A stretch of 64,000 nt of DNA, from NCBI RefSeq assembly GCF_033153115.1, contig NW_026889761.1, positions 7,688,001 through 7,752,000 of the forward strand, written 5' to 3'. The notes beneath the pieces were generated by a model that worked only from the letters and a program-made list of their open reading frames with translations, had not been told where the DNA came from and made no database searches. Shown here one piece after another: positions 59,606-64,000 of this stretch. The stretch is from Saccostrea echinata. Lineage: Eukaryota. How positions within the stretch are numbered: position 1 is the first letter of the stretch; each line of letters begins with the position of its first letter. Made by a program: the position numbers and the translations under genes.

Positions 59606-62600
59606 GTCCCACAGTGGGATTCGAACCCGAGGCGTAAGGATCAATTCCTTACTCCACAACTCTTGATCAAACGCTCTAATCAATGCACCACGCGGGCGAC
59701 ATATTATCTACCCTTGGAGGAAAATAAATGGGTTTTTCTATAGAAATCCGTATTTGAATATATTCACAATACAGGTAATTTTTATTTTGTCCCTTTTAAG
59801 TTTTATTTTTTTTTATTGCTGATAAGGGATGTTAAACACAACTTCATAACGAGCATTTCTAATTTTTTTTATATACTCCAGAAATTTAACAAGGATCGGG
59901 ATTTTTGTACCGGGGGTACTTATGATTACGATTACATAGCAAATTATCCGTAGATAAACCAAAATCAAATGTAGATGACTAAGCACAGAAAGAGGAAGCT
60001 TACAAATGGCAAAATGGTTGAATCCCGCAGAATCATTCCCATGTCTGTAAAGAAATATGTTCTTAAAATCTGATTAGTTATTAGAAAGTGTAAATACTGA
60101 ATAAAAATACATGACAGAAGAATCTATAACAATTGATTGATAATGAAAAAAAAGGATATACTGTGATACAGTTAGTCTAAGAAGTTTTCTTCAAAGGAGT
60201 TTTCTTTGGGCCTTTGGGATATCACAAAAGACATGAAAAAAATTATTTATCTAAATTAATAAGAAATTTTAAAACATCTATCCAAATCTAGTAACCTACA
60301 CAATTTTTTAAGACATCCGACAAACAGTAGGGTCTTAAATCTAACATATAGAATTCTAAAGTAGACCATTCGAGTTTTTAAAATTAAATTACAAACGACT
60401 TTAAAAACTCTTGAAAAATAATTTTTTTATTCTTCATTTAAGATTTCTTTATAACAATAACCTCAGTTATTTAAAAGAGAGAAACTTTTTCCCATTAAAT
60501 TATTTTAAAATATTCAAAATAGAATATATATCAATATCATACACTAACTTTTAAATCTGTTTTAATAATGTGAATGTCTTATTTTTAAGTGCCAAAAGGT
60601 CACAAATCATATTTCAACTCGAACATTTTGATATATCGACTACGTATTATCAATAAAAAAATAATTACTTCTATTCATATGTCGACTCGATATATCCCGG
60701 TGAGCTTAAAATAAAAGATACCACAGAGTATGACGCATCTGTTTCATATTTCGATATTTTACTAGAAAAAGACGTTAATGGTAACCTAACAACAAAGCTT
60801 TATGATAAACGCGATGACTTCAGTTTTTCAATCGTTAACTCCCCTTACCTATGTAGCAATAAACCCTTATCACCTGCATATGGGGTTATTTGTTTCTCAG
60901 TTGACTCGATACGCATGAGCATGCTCTACGTATACACAATTTCTAAAACGAGGCAAGCCATTGACAAACAAGTTGATGAAACAATGTTACCAAGAGTCTC
61001 TGTTGAAGTCATCATTTTGCAAGTTTTATGGTCGATACAATGACCTTGTCAGCAAATACAACCTATCATTGAGTCAAATGCTGACTGAATTTTTTTATAC
61101 TATTTATTAGCCATTATTTATACAATGAACTGTCTGCGGATTTTTTCGGGTTTTTTTTTTTCGATTATGACAAGGAGCACACGGCAGATATGACCGATCG
61201 GCAGGGGATGCTCACTCCTGCATGAACCTGATCCCACCTCTAAATTTTGAGGTCCATGTTAGCTTTGCTCCAAATTTGTATTGTTTCATTGGACTTTCGA
61301 GATTGAATACTGTTCTTTCTCTTCTTATTTCATTTATGACTGCAAGGATTTTGTTTTCAAAGAACTTTTGATACTATCTGAGAGTCAATATTTTTGAAAA
61401 ACCGTAGTTTAAATCAAAATGTCACACTTCTTTTTAAGTGCTACATGTTAATGATCAGTTAAAGCTTTCACTAACACTTAAGGCATGTGTCACCTTCATT
61501 ATTCTAATTCAAAGGACAAGATTCAGAAACTTCTGACAAGTCGAAATGAACATAAAATAGTTGCAAAAATATGCTGCCATTAACGTCGGGAAAAATGAAC
61601 TCATACAAAACTGTTCTACAGTTTAGTAAGCTGTAGATCACAATAGACGGAGGAAGATTAGGGGTTTCTGAAAATTATAATTCTTGTAGTTGATCTTTAA
61701 TATCTTTGACCATTATTTGGAAATTTATAAAGCGATAAATATAATTCTAAAATTAGTCTACAATGCTTTGAATTTTTTTTCTAAATATTTCATGAAAAAC
61801 ATTAACATAATGCTACTTTCAGTTTAAACATTAAGAAAACTGAGAGCATTTATCAACTAACTAACCCTAAACTTGTTAGATCTGGGTTTTAAATACTTCA
61901 TTTGACCATTATTTTTAATTTGAAAAGTCGGCTCTTCTATCAATAGAACGTTTGATCAATATACAAAATCGTAAGAACTGCGTTGTGCTTCTACAATAAC
62001 ACTTTTATTGTGTTACGTAAAAAAAATCGTCTGTCTGGCTCAGTGGCTAGAGCGTTTACTCAAGAGTCCCGTAATAAGGAGTTGGTCCTTACTTCTCCGG
62101 TTCGAATCCGACTTCGGGACGTAGGGATGAGCCTGCATAATCCAAATTCCCATACCACAGTAAGTGCTGGCATGAAAAATATCCTTAACTGTCCAAAGGC
62201 TGTATACGTAAGTGCCGGGTATAGGTCTAAATTTGCAGTCTTCCAGCCGAAATTGGTGGCGTCTCAATCAAACAAAAAAAGAAAAACCAAAACAAACAAA
62301 AAAACAATTGTTTCCACTTGATATAGTCTTATATACAGTGTATATAATTCAACAATCGACAAAACAAATGTGTAAATGGCCACCTTTCTAAGATATCAGG
62401 CAAATAGGACAGAAGTTTATCACAGCATAAAAAAAATTGCTCATTTTTTTTTTTTTTTATAAAAAGCACTACTACACCTGCATACAATTTTATTCAAAGA
62501 GCAACATTTTATTATTGATTATCACACATTTGTGACTTTTTAAATTATGAATTGGGAATATTAGGGAAACAATTTACAGTGGAAACGAGGAAACCAAAAG

Positions 62601-63620
62601 TGGAAGTTATTGCATTTTGCACAATCTTTGAAGACCAAAAAATAATTCTTGATTTTTTTTTTAATCCCGTCCTAAATCACATTTTTATAACATCTATTAA
62701 GCATTTTAAGCAGTTTAACAGTTTCAATTTATGCAGGAATTTATATTACCCTGTATGTATATTACTGCAAAGTCGGAAAACTTTATCTTAATATCTTTAC
62801 GAACAAAGAAAGCATTTACTCGTTAAAGTGAAAATTACCGAGACATAAATGGTCATAAAAGTGATATTTTCATGTACACTTTTTTCCAAATTTCGTATGG
62901 CAGTAATGAGTTTTGAGATAAACCCATTTTGATAAGATACATGTAGGAAAACATATCTTTGTTTCTATAGTCTTTGATTTATGATGTATTTTATGATGTG
63001 CTAATAAAATGAAAGGAAGTTGGCTCAGATTGGAAGCACTTAATCAGCTCATGTTCTAACTTCCTCGTTGCATCTGTGATGGGCGACAATTGTAACGGAA
63101 ACGCCTTGGTGTTATTAACCTTCCAGGATCTTTTAAGGACATTTTAAATGTCAGATGAACTCTTTCAATCTGAAAATGATATCTTATGCAATGTTAAACA
63201 AACTATTCAGGAATTAATTGTTTATGCTTCAATTATCCTACATTTCCAACTGACCTTAATGGCCCGTCATACCCGACAAAGAAGACGGTCCCTTCCTTTA
63301 AAAAATACATTTATATGTCAAATAAAATAAAAAAATATTAATCAAAAATGCTGTCTTATAGAATTCAAATACACAAGGCATTGTTTATTTACCCTAGTCC
63401 CCGTATAGTGATGTCAAATATAATCACAGCTGGGAATCGACATAAATATTAGGCACTTAACCTTTCACTTGGCGATAAAATTAAGCTTCAGTTTAAATAT
63501 CGAGGAATTCACATACTTACTTTTCAAAAAATATAAAAGTATAATGAAAATATAAGTAACTATATAGCTTGCAAATGAGAGATTCAGCATTATGTTTTTA
63601 ACGCATTTTAAAACTTCAGA
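59606..63620 (+). repeat. Segmental duplicate of the TLR-A2 flanks
   Basis: 59606-59985 resembles 21050-21400 and shares the SINE head; 61890-63620 resembles 25290-27430 and shares the SINE at 62027-62300. Confidence 0.85.
60615..61335 (+). mobile_element. Naiad-like PLE 3' fragment
   Basis: Colinear with ~15940-16644: YID.VLSI, YDKRDDF, PAYG, YARAC and the 3' module. Confidence 0.9.
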
Positions 63621-64000
63621 CAGCCTTTTTCATTCTTTCTTTATTTCCTTCTATTGGAGATTCATTAATTATACAAAAATACACATTCAACGAAAGTAAC
63701 GTCACATAGGTGCTATTATGTACATTAGTGTAAAAGTTAACAAAGGGATGAACTTAATCCGGAAAATATTCGCATGTCAGTTTGCAACAGAGTTAGAGTA
63801 CAGAGGCTACAACTGTCCGGTCCATTCAAGGGAACACGGTTGTCTTTCTGTTGTACGCCGCTGCCACATCTCTTATAAAACGAAAATTAAGAAGATGGAG
63901 TTCGTACGTGTCATAGTCCGAGAGTGAGGTAGTTAGACATCTAGCACCGAGAAGAAACAAGTATAATTCACTTTCTGACAGTCCTGATAGCTCGGCGCCT

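Overview
AT-rich animal genomic DNA, not prokaryotic. It is probably a bivalve mollusc such as an oyster; this is inferred from the repeat families and TLR type. There are four N-gaps. The window holds a head-to-tail, minus-strand cluster of intronless Toll-like receptor genes from two subfamilies that alternate A-B-A-B-A. Three are intact (49857-52517 A1, 35035-37602 B, 21980-24550 A2). One is a decayed B pseudogene (~4165-5705). One is an A1-like copy running off the left edge whose signal peptide is broken by an 8-bp deletion. A segmental duplicate at ~59.6-63.6 kb keeps both flanks of TLR-A2 but lacks the gene. The intergenic DNA is mostly transposon-derived. A Penelope-like retroelement (8.75-16.64 kb) carries three nested insertions: an inverted copy of its own 3' end, a palindromic MITE, and a complete 5.8-kb two-gene PIF/Harbinger transposon. 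That transposon has an intact spliced 344-aa DDE transposase and a frameshifted Myb/SANT gene, and sits in a site matching the zebrafish Harbinger3 target consensus. Also present are a deleted THAP-Kolobok element, TTAA MITEs, a non-autonomous Helitron, about nine tRNA-derived SINEs and further PLE/LINE fragments. All calls were made by eye without database searches. I found no evidence for a wholly new system; the best leads are listed as findings.
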